A DNA stretch of 64,000 nt from the human T2T-CHM13v2.0 reference genome, Homo sapiens. Shown one piece after another: positions 30,300 to 45,301 of the stretch; the first letter of the stretch is position 1, and each line of letters starts with the position of its first letter. The DNA is taken from assembly GCF_009914755.1 (NCBI RefSeq), contig NC_060929.1, one strand, 5' to 3'. Below the pieces are notes generated by a model, which made no database searches, was not told the DNA's origin, and was given only the letters and a program-made list of their open reading frames with translations. A program made the translations under genes and the position numbers.

Positions 30300-33149
30300 C
30301 TATAAGAAGATGAAAATCACAATAAGGGGCTATAGAGATGAGAACTAAGCATAGCAGATTGAAGATTAAAAGATTTTGTTCTGTTAATGCTATTGCATGC
30401 TGATGTAAATGAGTTAAAAGATGAAGAGCATTAATGCAAAGTAATTTGGCACATATGGTGACGTTCTGAATTAAGAACAGGATTTGGCAAAGTACAGAAT
30501 TCAAAAGAATAGGATAACAATGGCCCCCTGAGTGGCATATTCCATCAGGCCTGTGTTTGTGCCTATGCAACCTATGGCACAACAGTAACAAGAAAAAGCA
30601 TTCCTCTGGTCCTGGAGGCCACCCACGTTTTGAAGATATGGCAAGAGTCTGGACCACGACAAGTCCATCCTCAGCCGAATCTCTGAACCAGGGTTCTTTA
30701 GCAATGAGGGTTCTAAAGTAGTTTTGCTTGTTGTTCTGCTTTGGACATGCTATTGCCACTACCATTATAGCAGGCCCACTGTGAGCATGTTAACCAATTT
30801 TACTAGTAACCATTATTTTGGCCAAAACTCAAACAGAACTACCAATAACACGTTAGCTGAAAATTTACAGCATTTATATGCAATTCAATACAGTCGGACA
30901 TCAGAATGCAGTAAAAACTCAATGCTTCCCTCAAATATGGAATGGTTAGGCAATATTTGGGTTCTAGAACTGAGGATCTGGGACATCACTTTTGTAATGC
31001 CTGTGAATGTGACAGAATTGCAAGCTGGGTGGAAATAACCACAATTCAAACAAACTACAGCTTCACCCGACTCTACTCTTTTTGGCAAACATCCTACAAC
31101 GACTGCACATCTAGAACCAATGGAAAACAGCAACTGCAATGATGTTTGTCCTTTCTAACAAGGCTAACAAATACAAAATTCTTATATAATTTTTATTTAG
31201 ATGGTATTTTATTTTGCCATTCCAAAATAATAAGGTTATCTATGGATTTTCTAAATTAAGCTCCATTTTTATATAAAAGTATTCTAAATACAAAGACCAC
31301 AGTGCTCATATATCTACTTTAAAATAGACACTAAAATCCTAATGCTTTCATTGTAAATTAAGTGAAATATAGTTGAAAAAGTGTTATGGCATTTTTTTCT
31401 TTCACATTTTAAGATCTTTCCAATAGGGGTATATCTTACACTGAATGGCAACTTTCAATTGCTATTGGCCAGGCAGAAACTATGACAAGACATTATTTAC
31501 ATCTGCAGAGACCTCAAAACTTGCAGAATGGCTTGAAAGAAAATCCAAAGCCATTAGTGAATTAGTCTTTTAACCTCCAGGGACCAAATGATTATAAGGA
31601 AGTAGTAAATCTGACAAGTTCAAGAACATTCCCAAAGCAAGTGACAAGAGAAAACTAATTCTAATTATTTCCAAAGCTAGCCTGAGAGCCCAGCACCAGC
31701 AGCTTTTGGTTCTTTTGTGGTTTTTCAAAGAAATGGTGCATTACCAACACACTGGATGGCACAGAGGGCAATACTGTATGGGGAAGGAGGGTTCTGGAAA
31801 ACAAAATCCAGAAGCTAATGACTCTAAAAGAAAACGTTTCAGAAGATTCATATTTTGAATATAAAGAAATTTTAGGAAAACCTAAACCAATTTACTTTGC
31901 TTATATTTTCCTTTTTATGTGAATAAAAATATTGATTTTTAAAAATTCAGTTTTCACACTGTGATAAAAATCCATAGCCAAGTCCATAAGAGCTCCTTCA
32001 ATAAGCATAAAGTAGAAATTCTCAGTGGTAACAGGATACTGCAGTGATTTTCCTTAGTAGTAGATAAAATAACAATATGTCCAACAATTGACGTTGTCTT
32101 GAATTCAAAGAAATGCAGTAAAATCAAGTTGCAGCTATTTAGGAGCAAATTTTAACACAAATATTTAATGATTTTTATCTTAGTTAATATAAAAAAGTAG
32201 GTGTTGACAAATCTAGGAGACACAAAATTCTAACAAATAAAAACACTGTGATAAACGTCGATAAAATGTTTTCTAAACTACTTTGAAAACAGAAAATTGC
32301 TGATATAAAATAAATATACCTAATGTTTGTAAGCATCATACAGTGTAACCCTAAAGCTGAATGAACGTGAAACATGTTAACATAAGTCATTCAAACACAC
32401 CCAATGCCCACTAAAAGATATTGTCCAAGTATTCTTCTTTATAATAGTAATGCCAGGTATCAATTTCTATTTTCAGTGAGAAGAGCCAAAAGAGACCAAG
32501 ACATAAATTTGCGATCCAGAAGAAAACACATGGGAAACACACAGAGAAGGGAGAAAGAAAATAGAAGGAAAGTCAAGTTCACCAAGCATTAACAGAAAAT
32601 AAGACCACAAATGAGGCAAGACTCGAATAAAGAAGGTGGCTCACAAAAAATTCTTCTTACATGTAATAAAAGCTTCTAACTTCATGGTTCACTACAAGTC
32701 TTAAAATAACAAAATTCTTCTTATGCAATCCCTTCATCCACAAAAGTCATCTCTTTCTTCATCTAAAAATGAAAGGACTAGATAGATGATATATAAGATC
32801 TTTAACATTCTATGATTCTAAATAGACACTTAGCTATGTAGAAGTAGAGACCTAACTCTATAACAAATAGTGTCAGTTGCTGATTCTATCACAACTTTAA
32901 AGATAAGGGAATCTTCAATTAAAGCTGGTAAAAATTTCAAATAAAATTCAGTCAATGCTACAAGTAAGTGGCATTAGTGGGTCTGAGGAAATAAAATCAT
33001 CTTCTAGTTCAATTTTATAGTACAGCTTGGATAAGGGCTGCCTCTTTTTAGAAAACTGATGGAAAATGCAACCTTCACAAACATCTTTCATTCATTTTTA
33101 TATATTTATATGATATATTTACTTTTATAAAATGTGGCATTTGAATAAA

Positions 33150-33370
33150 AGAAAGTGGTGTGAACTCTAGAACTAGACTACCTAGTTTTGGATCCACCAT
33201 TAATGAACTAAAACTTTAGGCAACTCAACCTTTCCCATCCATACTATGGAAAGAAAAGTATCTCCTTTATAGGGTAGTAGTAGAATTAAGTAAGATAATT
33301 CGTTTAGAGTGCTTAGAACAATGTATGGCACATAGCAAGCACACAACAAATATTCACTATCATTATCATC
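33150..33370. mobile_element. MIR
   Basis: agtgcttagaacaatgtatggcacatagcaagcac core. Confidence 0.65.
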
Positions 33371-33618
33371 ATCTAACTGACCTAGCTAAATCAAAATCTA
33401 AAAAGGACTTATAGGGCATCAATAGTGGAAAAATAAAGGAAAAATAGCTAGTTCTATCACTACTTTCACCTTGTTAGCAGAAGGCATTTGTCAGGAATGT
33501 AGGCTGACAGGGTTAATAGAATTCATGCTATTTTATGTGCGTGCATTAATGAAAAGGATGCAATATATGTTAAGAGTCGCACAACCTTCATTCCAGTTGC
33601 GTTCATCTCTACACTTAC

Positions 33619-33642
33619 CCCAGACTCCGCCACCTCTTCTTC
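33619..33642 (-). CDS. RAPGEF6: RAPGEF6 alternative 24-nt microexon (KKRWRSLG)
   Basis: ctcttgcttacag|GAAGAAGAGGTGGCGGAGTCTGGG|gtaagt; phase 2-2, frame-preserving; resembles the KKKWRSLG segment of paralog RAPGEF2 (recalled). Confidence 0.88.
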
Positions 33643-34897
33643 CTGTAAGCAAGAGCCACAAACATTGAAGCATGTGTTTGAATAGGAAAGCACAGAAAAA
33701 AGACAACAGTTGAGAGTCAGAGAAACTATGCAGACAGAAAAGAACAGAAACATTTTATCAGGAAAAAATTACAGCTTAACAGTAAAATGACTTTAAATGG
33801 AAGGCAGGAGGGTAAGATGAGTATATACTGAAGGTCAAAAAAGCTCCAAAATACTTTATAAAAATATGCTTTAGACCAATTATATTTTAAATACCTAATT
33901 CATCAGGAAGCTTATATAAATAAGAAGCTTAAGGAAAAACATTTACTTACTATAATATAAATTTTGAATTCAAAGTTTTTAAGGGAAAAGACCTTAAAGG
34001 AATAGAATTTCTGAACATCTTGCTGGCAAGATTTTTGGGCCACTCATTTAAGTGACAGAATGAAATTACAAGGGACATAAAAACATAAAATTTCATTTTT
34101 AAGTGCAGAAATTTCTGACAAGATGTCTTGTAAGAAATGTTGACCAGCAAATCCAACTTAAAATGTAAGAAAAAACATATCATTAAAATCTTCATAATAC
34201 TATATATCTTTACATTCCTGTTTGATTGACTAAAGATTCTATTTTTCAAGTCTGCAAATTGATTACTGTTAAAAGGGGTTACTTTGTCCAAACTAGATAC
34301 TCATACACCACCAAAATGGACATTGTTTGCTTAAAGAAAGGTATTACATTTTAGCACTGGCTGACAAAACTGATTCAGGAAAAATTCAGTCCAATCTTTA
34401 AAAAAGATGTTTTTTATTTTCCCCCAATACCTTATTGTATTCAATCCAGGCCATTCCCAAGAAAACAGCCATGTTTATTAATTTCCTCATCAGTTTTTCT
34501 CCTTTGCTCATTACTGAAGTATGGCTAGTACTTAGTATATTATAAACTGGTCTGGCAGGGTCACAAATTCATCATGTCTTCAGGAATCAGGATGTTAACA
34601 TGTGTAAGTAAATAGAGGTCCACATAAGCCAATAGAGAGTGTTAGGGTCATTGTACAAGGACATACAACAAAAAACCAAACAAACCCTTCTTTGCTTTGG
34701 TACCTAGTTCTTACTATTTTCTGCTTCCACACTGTTAAGCAATGACATCATTCATTACATGTAGTGATTCTCAAGGTGCAGAAGTGGGATGTGCAGGAAA
34801 GAGGAGATCTGGCACACTCTCCCTTCCTTCCATGCTTTGTGGATCTCTAAACCAGAGAAACCATCAGATCAACTACTTGCAAAAACAAAGACACCTA

Positions 34898-35193
34898 GGC
34901 CGGGTGCAGTGGCTCACGCCTGTAATCCCAACACTTTGGCAGGCTGAGGCATGTGAATTGCTTGAGTCCAGGAGTTCAAGACCAGCCTGGGCAACATGGT
35001 GAAACCCTATCTCTACTGGAAAAAAAAAAAAAAAATTAGCTGGACATGGTGGCATGCACCTGTAGCCCCAGTTACTTGGGAGGCTGAGGTGGGAGGATCA
35101 CCTGAACCCGGGAGGTTGAGGCTGCAGTGAGCCAAGACACCACCACTGCACTTCGGCCTGGGCAACCAGAGTGAGAGACCCTGTCTCAAAAAC
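34898..35193 (+). mobile_element. Alu
   Basis: Alu consensus. Confidence 0.92.
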
Positions 35194-35293
35194 AAAGATC
35201 CCTAAACAACAATTTAAAGAAAACAAATAAAAAAAAACCCAGTGTATCACTGGTTCTATTGGGTTACGAAAATTCCAACTCTGGCTTTTAAAA

Positions 35294-35352
35294 TATTGTG
35301 TTGGTGTAAAAGTAATGGCAAAAATCACAAATACTTTTGCACCAACCTAATA
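35294..35352. mobile_element. MADE1 (Hsmar1 MITE), internally deleted
   Basis: Inverted repeats gttggtgtaaaagta / tacttttgcaccaac. Confidence 0.8.
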
Positions 35353-35545
35353 CCAAGTATTTTTGTTTCCTTAGCACAGTATATTTTTTTAAGCCATAGA
35401 AATTGTGTCGGCCCCTGTACATGATTTCATTTTTAATGTCCCTGTGAACTGAAGCTATACACATAGGCCCAAAAGGAAATCAGATCAAAAATTAAAACCA
35501 CAATGTCTTATTTACACCCTGAAAATTATAAAAATTACTAGGAAT

Positions 35546-35844
<299 letters not shown>

Positions 35845-36227
35845 TTAACAACATACTTTGTTTCAATTTTATGTAAGCTGAGGAAGCCTTTGTTATTACA
35901 TTAAAAATGAACCTTAAAAAGCATTCTTAAAATATCAGGTTAATACAGAACACAATAAAATTTTTCATTTTTAGTAAAGTATGATTAAATTTGCACTTTC
36001 TAAATTCTGTTCATTTGTATGTAATAAAAACTTATATACAAATGAAACACAGTATAATTTGAGAAAAAGAAAAATGGTTTACAGGAATGAAGTATGAATT
36101 AAACAGAAACAGAACATTAAAAATATTCAGTAAAAATAAAAGACATAGACTAATACTTTACAAATTAGCTTAGAAACGAGATGAAAACAAGATGAATATC
36201 AGCAATTTTATTGTATTTGTTTGCTGA

Positions 36228-36362
36228 TTTTTTTTTTTTTTTTTAGTAGAGACAGGGTTTCACCTTGTTAGCTAGGATGGTCTCGATCTCCTGACCTTGT
36301 GATCCGCCTGCCTCGGCCTCCCAAAGTGCTGGGATTACAGGCGTGAGCCACTGCGCCCGGCC
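36228..36362 (-). mobile_element. Alu left monomer
   Basis: Reverse Alu left arm. Confidence 0.88.
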
Positions 36363-36650
36363 TGCTGATGTTTTAAAGAACAATAATACAGAACTATCCA
36401 CATACAAATATTTGCAAATTATGTAAAAACTGCTCTGAGCTTCATTCAGTTTCTTAATATGTATAACGAAGGCTAATATCACCTACCTGTTATGGTTATT
36501 AATGATAAATGATTACATGAAACGGACACATATAAAGCACTTTGTACAGCACACATGGTAGAATAAATATGATCAATAAATGATAAATATTTTAATTATT
36601 ACATCACCCTTGATACCACTCTAACACTTTTACATATTTCAATGTCCTAC

Positions 36651-36774
36651 CTCTGTCGAAACATCATAGCTGGGTCCATGTTAGCAGAAGTCATTCGAAC
36701 AACTTGGCGGATTTCCTTGGAAATCATTCTTAACTTCTCAAAGTTTACTAAACCATCTACTTTGGAGTCATTTC
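36651..36774 (-). CDS. RAPGEF6: RAPGEF6 coding exon, end of CDC25 domain ([18 protein letters not shown]...MMFRQR)
   Basis: ctatag|GA acceptor, AG|gtagga donor; 124 nt; LVNFEK RasGEF motif. Confidence 0.96.
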
Positions 36775-37037
36775 CTATAGAATGAAAATAAATGTTTAAG
36801 TTCAAAATTAAATTATCTACATAAAAGTAGCAAAAGTCAAGCTGGTAATCTTGAGGGGCACAAAGAAGGACCTTCTTTATCACAGTGCCAATTTTGCTTT
36901 TAAGAACTGGTATACCCATACATGGTTCAACCCTGCTCTTAGGGAATGAGCCACTAGGAACTGTGTTCCATATAGGAGTGATGGTTATGAATAAAGTCAA
37001 ATGATAAACTGTGCATGGCTTCTAAAACCAGTTTCAT

Positions 37038-37195
37038 GGGCTCGGGGCACAATGGCTCCCACTTGTAATCCCAGCACTTTGGAAGGCCGAGGCAGGAGGA
37101 TTGCCTGAGCTCAGGAGTTTGAGGCTGCAATGAGCCATGACTGTGCCACTACACTTCAGCCTGGGCAACAGAGTGAGATCTCAACTCAAAAAAAT
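37038..37195 (+). mobile_element. Alu monomer (FAM/FRAM-like)
   Basis: Monomeric Alu consensus. Confidence 0.8.
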
Positions 37196-37559
37196 CCACA
37201 AAAAAACAAAACAAAACAAAAATCCCAAACAAAGGGCAACCTGTTTATAGCATTGTTTTTTCACACTTGTCTATAACATAGCATGACCCCATTTATCCCC
37301 CGAGGTAGACCCTGAGGTCTGTCAAAGTCCAAGGCCCTGAAGGCAAGACTGAGGAACATACGGTAAACAGCACGTATAGATTGGACACATGAATTGTTCA
37401 GGGTCTCAACACAAGCTGGAAACAAAGTAATCATGACGAATACTCTCAAGTTATATAAACATATTTCAAGGAACATGTCAGAAAAACATATCTGAAGCCT
37501 GTAACATTTCCTTATGAAAACTGAGTGATAATGAAAGAAGAGGCAGTAAGACTACATAA

Positions 37560-39330
37560 TTAGAACAACACTTCTGGTGAGATCAGAAAAGCTGGACAAA
37601 AGTACAAAAAAATGCAGAGAAGCAAGTTTTGCATTTCCCAGTGCTTGCCCCTAGGTGTATCTGATTTCAGAAAGGGATAATGAGCTGAAAAACCGAGTAC
37701 AGACACCCTGTCTTTTGAGGTAAAAGGAAAAGCAACTTAAGTCCTTGTAAACCTCCAATGCTTGGTTGAAACTCTGAAGAGCTATATCCTGAGACCAAGG
37801 ATAAACTGAATGTAGACTGGGATAAAAGTCTTTTGTTAAATTACATCAAAACGGATTAAAGTGATTTTGGAATTCTAGCACCCCTAACTGCCTGCCAGAA
37901 GCAAACTTTAATCCTCTCTGGAGATATGGAACATCATTCAAAAAGCGAGATTATTTCTGTAATCTCACTTTTCAATAATAACCAGGCACATCAGGAGAAA
38001 ACATAACATGACAGAAATGAAAGAGTAAAAAGGAGAAAACAGATTAAGACCCAAAGGGGATCCAGATTATGGAATTATTAGAGGCAGACTTTGAAATAAC
38101 GATGTTGAATATGTTCAAAGACAAGAAAAAACAATGAGAACTCTGGAAAAGAACATTAAACTAAAAAAAGAAAAAGGAAGCTGTAAAACAAACAAAAATA
38201 ATAACTGGAATTAGGACATCAGTAATGAACTTACCAGAAATGAGACATAGTTGGAGAGAGAATAAAAGATAAAATTACTGAGAATTTTCCCAAACTGATG
38301 AAAAGTACAAAACCATAGGTTTCAAGGTGTCCTACAGACACCAATCGGAATAAGAAACAAAAACAAAACCCCACACTTAGTCATATTAAGCAAAACTAGA
38401 AAGAAATTAAGAAAAAACAAAATCTTAACAGCCAGTATCAAACAAAGGCAGATTACAGTTAAAGCAACAGCAAATAAAACTGTAAGCTAACTTCTCAACA
38501 TTAACAGTGGAAGGCACAGAACAATGGAATGTCATTTCAAAGTGTTTGAAGAAGATAGCTGCCAACCAAAAATCCTCTGAAAATGAAGTAAAGGCATTTT
38601 CAGATAAACAAAAATTAAGAGATATTCATCACCAGCAAACCTGCACTTAAGGAGAATACTAAACAGTGTTCTATAAGGCCGAAAAACTATGCCCAGCAAT
38701 ACGGAAGCTCTGAAATGCAAGAATGAATAAAAAATAGTAGTAACAACAACAAAAGTAAATATACAGGCAAGGTTAAATACTGACTTTATTAAGCAACAAT
38801 ATCTTGTGTTAAAAGCACAGCAACAACTGCATGAAAATCAGGAGATGAGCAAATGGAATTGTTTTTTATTTTTGAGACAGAGTCTCGCTCTGTCGCCCAG
38901 GCTGGAGTGCAGTGGCGCCATCTAGGCTCACTGTAAGCTCCGCCTCCCGGGCTCCTGCCATTCTCCTGCCTCAGCCTCCCAAGTAGCTGGAACTACAGGC
39001 GGCCGCCACCACCCCCGGCTAATCTTTTGTTATTTTTAGTAGAGATGGGTTTCACCATGTTAGCCAGGATGGTCTTGATCTCCCAACCTCATGATCCACC
39101 TGCCTAGGCCTTCCAAAGTTCTGGGATTACAGGCGTGAGCCACCGCGTCCAGCTGAGCAAATGGAATTTAAGTGGTCTAAGTTCCTTGCATTATCTGACA
39201 CAGAAAAAAGTACTAATAAATATTAAACTAATTAACAAATATGTATGGTATGACATCTAATTCAACACTAGAAAAATGGTAAAATAGTGTATAGTTACCA
39301 AATTAATAGAATAGGAAATATACCATACAC
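37560..39330 (+). mobile_element. Old L1 5'/ORF1-region fragments
   Basis: A-rich; gagaattttcccaaactgatgaaa, acaatggaat...tcaaagtg and cacttaaggagaatactaaa phrases. Confidence 0.65.
38861..39152 (-). mobile_element. Alu (Y-like) inserted in L1
   Basis: TSD tgagcaaatggaatt. Confidence 0.93.
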
Positions 39331-39397
39331 AAAAATCAATTCAGGTAGACTTTAGATAAACCATGTGGTAAAACATCAATAAATAATGTTTTCATAC

Positions 39398-39609
39398 CTT
39401 CATGTAGAAATGTCATATCTTTCTTGACAACAGGGAAGAGTGGAATAATTGGAGGCTGCATACTTTGACTACTAAGAATATTTCTATACTTTGCCATGTT
39501 TCTAGATGGATCAAAAATGTCTTGTAGATCTTGAAGATGTTTCTCGTATTTGCTTGGTAACTTTTCCCAAGTTCCTCTGAGTCTTGCTACAGATGCCAGG
39601 TTCAAGCCA
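39398..39609 (-). CDS. RAPGEF6: RAPGEF6 coding exon, CDC25 domain ([14 protein letters not shown]...KDMTFLHE)
   Basis: ggcag|T acceptor, G|gtatga donor; 212 nt; RLxxTW and PIIP...KDMTF signatures. Confidence 0.97.
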
Positions 39610-40644
39610 CTGCCAAAGATGAGAATAGAAACATTAAAAAGAAACTTGGGGAAAGGGGTGGACTCAGGTCAGCATATACACCATTTTCTCTAATAAAAGT
39701 AAAAATAAGCAGGGACATATTTTAACACATTGAAATAAACAAGAGAAAAACTGAGAAAAAAATAAATAAGAGACTCCCTGATCTTACAAGAACTTCTTTC
39801 AAACTATAATGCTTGCCTATAGTTCTATACCTACATAGCATTTATTTTACAGTTTCATTTAAGTGACAGAATAATTCCATAAAATATACATTTAAATTAA
39901 AAAAAACTTCAAGCATCACAATGTTGCTTGTTTTACTTAGAAATAACTTTATGGAGACATTACCTATTTTAAAGCGGTTTAAGTAATGCTGAGAACAACT
40001 GTTAAATAATAACTGGAGCTAATTCTGCACCTTAGGAAGCCTTTTTTTTCCTGCGATTTTGTTCACTCACATCCCTGATTCCAATACATCCATATTCCTA
40101 GGTTCTAATCCTGTTCACTAAGCCTCCAGATATTCAATGTCTCCCTTCCACAGGATTTTAAATAGGCTCAGATATTCCCTAACTTGAAAACATAATTCAT
40201 GCCAGTTAGGCTGCAAGTCTTTATGAATCCTTTACCTCTACAGTACCATCACATAGGTAGGTTGCCAAATGAATAGTGTATATACAATGCCTCAATTTTC
40301 TTATCAGCAAATCCTGTTTCTCAGCCATCTGACTTTTACCAACACCACTGTAAAATGTTCTCCTGATTTCTGACTTTAAGGCATGGAGTTAGGTATCTTT
40401 GTTCCCTTTTGCTTCTCAGAAATTTCCCCAAACCACTGTAAGAAGGATGAGTAACCAATACAAATTTCATATCCACCAAAACTAAGATAACAAACTCCTC
40501 AACACACTAGAAAGGTTGTCAAAAAATAGTCGAGGTCAAACAGGAGTAAGCAAAGCTGATGACAAATAATGTCTGCAGCTGAAGATACCAATGAAAGCTG
40601 ACAAACAGTTCTCCAAAGCAGAACTCTTTCTGCCCTGAGGTTAA

Positions 40645-40986
<342 letters not shown>

Positions 40987-41119
40987 TAGCACACAGTGAT
41001 ACACTTTGGTACAAATCTGTTTGAGACAGGAGAGAAGGGAGACACTCTGAGTTGTAAGCAGCCCTAATGCTGCCACAATCTCCATTTACTAAGAAAAAGT
41101 AAAGGATAAAACAATTCAC

Positions 41120-41400
41120 ATACAAGGCTAACTCCTGCTACCGTGGAATACTGCTGCATGGATCCACTTATATGCAGATTTTTTTCAATAAATTCAGTCA
41201 CCCCTCCGTATCTGAGTGTTCCACATTCACAACCAAATGTGGATCAAAAATACAGTTTCCTTGGATGTGAAACCTGCTAATGCTGACTTTATGTATCCAC
41301 AAGTTCCTCAGGGTCAACTGCAGGACTTGAGTATGTGAGGATTTTGCTATCTGTGAGGAGCCATGGAACGAATGCCCCACAGATACTGAGGGACAATGGT
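41120..41400. mobile_element. Tigger2-family DNA transposon remnant
   Basis: ggatccacttatatgcagattttttt...aaaatacagt...tactgagggacaa. Confidence 0.7.
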
Positions 41401-41740
41401 ATCATTTAATATGAAGCACCAGCAGATGAAAATAGACAAAATAGAGAAATAGTTATTAATAAATGGAATGAGAGATGTAAAGTTATCATCAGTTGAAGAA
41501 AATTAGATTGTTTAACTCAAAACTCCCAAAATATTAACTGAAAATTATTAGAAGCATGAAGAATGCAGTAAGGTACTAGGTACAACACTGATATTCATAT
41601 GCATTAGAATACTTAGGCAGAAACCATTAGAAAACTTAAGGATCCCATTCATAATATAAGGATCCCATTCACAACAGCAATAAAAGATATTAAACATTCA
41701 AACAAATGTTCAAGATTTACATGAACACCACTATAAAAAC

Positions 41741-42104
41741 TGATATGGTTTGGTTCTGTGTCCCCACCCAAATTTCACGTGGAATTGTAATCCCCACATG
41801 TCAGGGGAAGGACGCAGTGGGAGGTGACTGGGTCATGGAGGCAGATTTCCCCTACGCTGTTCTCATGATAATCAGTGAGTTCTCAAGAGATCTGATGGTT
41901 TAAAAGTGTGGCACTTCCCCCCTCACTCTCTCTCTCTCTGCTGCCATGTAAGACACGCCATGTTTGCCCTTCGCCTTCCACTATGATAGTAAGTTTCCTA
42001 AGGCCTCCCCAGACATGGGGAACTGTGAGTTAATTAAACCTCTTTTCTTTATAAATTACACAGTCTCAGGTATTTCTATACAGCAGTGTGAAAACAGACT
42101 AATA
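41741..42104. mobile_element. MST/THE1-type MaLR solo LTR
   Basis: tgatatggtttgg...ccccacccaaat...cagcagtgtgaaaacagactaata. Confidence 0.88.
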
Positions 42105-42236
42105 AAACAACTCCACAGAGGAAATAAAAGAAAACTGAAACAAGTGGAATAAGTGTTCTTGGATGGCAAGAGCCATTGTTACAAAGCTATCAAATGTCCA
42201 CTAAAGTAATCTAGGTATTTAATGTAATCTCAATGA

Positions 42237-42546
<310 letters not shown>

Positions 42547-45301
42547 GACATCAACAAAACTTTTTAAAAGAACTACATAAATTGATTCTAAAGTTGATAT
42601 GAAACAAATAAACATGCCAGAAATAGCCAAAGAAAAGTATGAAGAGAGTCATAAGGGGTTTGACTAGCCCTATCAGACCTTAAAACCTATTTTACCACTT
42701 CAGCAACTAAAACAGTAAATGAATAGACAAATCAATGAAGCAATGAGTGCAGACATAAACCCAAATATGTGTTAGATTTCAGTACATAATAGATGGCATT
42801 GCATATTTTAGAAAAAAAGATTGATTAATGATGTTGGGTGAAGAAGTCATTTGGAACAAAGAAAGATATATTTCTTTATCTCACTGTTTACATAAAAATG
42901 AATTCAAGATTAATAAAAAATGTTGTCTAGGGTGTTCTAAGAGCTCTCATTGTATTAGCTCATTGAATACTCTTAACCTTATTAGGTAGGAACTACCAGG
43001 ATTTCCCATTTGACAAATGAGGAAACTTAGTTCACATAGACAACAAGTGCCAACACTGGATTCAAACCTAGGCAATTCTTTGTTCTTAACTAACCACAAA
43101 ATGCAGAAACTCCAGCAGGAAAAAAAATAATACATCTACATAAAAATAAAAAAATTTCTACATGGCAAAAGTAAACACCACACACTGTTTTAAATAGCCA
43201 AAGTCTGGAAATTTAGAAATATCCATAATGTGCACTCCACAATACAAAGGAGTACTTCATAGTTGTTTAAAAAATATGAGACAACTTTATAAGAACTGAT
43301 TTTAAATAATCTCCAAGATAAATTAAAAAAATTAGCCAAGGTGGTTTTAAATATATATTTATATGCTTGCTATATGGATAGAGTATTTCTTGAATGAAAA
43401 AAGGTAACAGTATCTCTGGGGAGAGGAATTTGGGTGGATTAGGGACTGGGTGAGACAAAGTTACTTTCGCTGTGTACTCTTTATCTTTAAAATTTTTTCC
43501 ATGTACATGTCATGTCTATTCAAAAAGTTAAAATTATTTTATAATTATAAAAAGTTGTTAATTATAGCCAGAACAGAATGATTCACCTTTGCCATCTCTG
43601 CTGAAAAGAGTATATTCTTTGATCTACCTGAACATGAAGTACAAGAATACAAAACAATTATCTTAAAAAGAATACAAAAGAAACAAAGCAATGATCTTTA
43701 CATGAGCTATGAAAATGTGCAGAACAAATATTCTTTGTAACAAAACAAATCTTTTAACCAAACAAAGCCTCTTAACCAAATCTCAGCCCTTTCCTATCCA
43801 CTCCCTTCTTTGGGCTACTGTCCATCACATCTTCTCTCAAATCACTCTCTTTCATTGGCTTTGATGACACTATCATAACTGTGCTACTCTGTTTCTTGTA
43901 CTGATCCTCCATCTCTTTGGCTAGACTCTTTTTCCTTACCCTCACACTGAGTCATCATACTAAGGTATGGTTTTTAGACCTCTACCACTTTCTTTCTACC
44001 CTCTTTTTTATACAGAGATCTATTCTCTCAGTGTCAATCAATTTTCTTCATAGTGGACTCTAAAACTGAGCCCGTAATTTTCAAATTCTTTACTTGATGC
44101 TTCCTTTACAAACAGGTTCCATTTCTAGCCTTCCAAGTGTTTATCAGTGGCATCTTTATTCCTCTGTTTTAGACTTAGCTGTTTAAAAACTGTGATATAG
44201 GTGGTATTTTACAGATAAGAAAACCTATCTTCAGTTTTCCACTGACACATTGCTACTATATGGGAGAGGCAGGATTCAAATACAGGTGCAGCTGATTCTA
44301 AAGACCACTCTGTTAATCTCTATTCAATACTCCTAGAGTGTTCAGTTCAGTTGTAGACACTGGTTAATTTAATAAAGGCACATCCTATTACCATGACAGG
44401 GTCATGAATAAAGAGTCCCTATAAAGATTCTACTTTTTAATCTTAATCTACATGAGGAGTAGAAACAAATCATTATGAATTCTGTGGGGGATGTGTATAG
44501 GTAGGATTAGTTCAAGTGGAATTATGCTGCGATTTATAAGCACATCATGGCCTTAAAAATGGAGCTAACTACAACTCCTCTCCCTTTTAAAATTAAACTT
44601 GTTTTAAGAAGAATCCCTTTGTTGATCTACAGTGTGCTAAATAAAGATCAGAAAATAAATTACCTACAATTAACTTTTCATAATAAGTGGGAAGAAGGGA
44701 GTGGGAGAGCTCACGTAATTATCTACACTTCCTGGGCTTATGAATGTCAAAACATTTTTATTATTCTAACAGCCTAACTTGCTTGAGGAACACCACATCC
44801 AGTGAACCTCATGTAGTGCCTGGCAAACAGGAAGAGCTTACCAAATGGTTGCCATTATTATCAATGTTGTTGTTTCAAAATAGCAACTTTAGGTCAAAGT
44901 ACTGATACCATACTGTGATTTTTCAGAGTCAAATCATAGTGAGGCAGGTACTTAAAAAAGCACAGTACAGAAGTCTAATGATAAAGACCAGCCACTGGGC
45001 ACATATCCAAAGATGATATAATCACTCAAGGCGGGGGGTTGGAGATGAAGGGAGAGAAAGAAAAATTAGAAGGCAATCACCCACTTTCATTTACAAAAAA
45101 GAAGTAAAAGAAAGATGGAAGAAACAAAAATAGAAAAAGCCAATACCACCAAAATGGAAAATACATTAAATCTAACAACACTTCAATAAAGGCATATTAA
45201 TTGAACATTTCTTTTCATAGGCATTGAATACCTAAGTAGAAAATCAGCTGCATGTAATGACAAAACCATACAGACATTTGTACCTATTTGTACCAACTTA
45301 C

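Noticed and set aside
30292-30765. 157-aa minus-strand ORF upstream of exon 30079-30299
   Set aside because: Out of frame with RAPGEF6, no recognisable domain; its exon-like part (30627-30712) has a poor pyrimidine tract and a weak donor
41638-41672. Short direct repeat aaggatcccattca x2
   Set aside because: Ordinary slippage duplication in an L1 remnant; not an array
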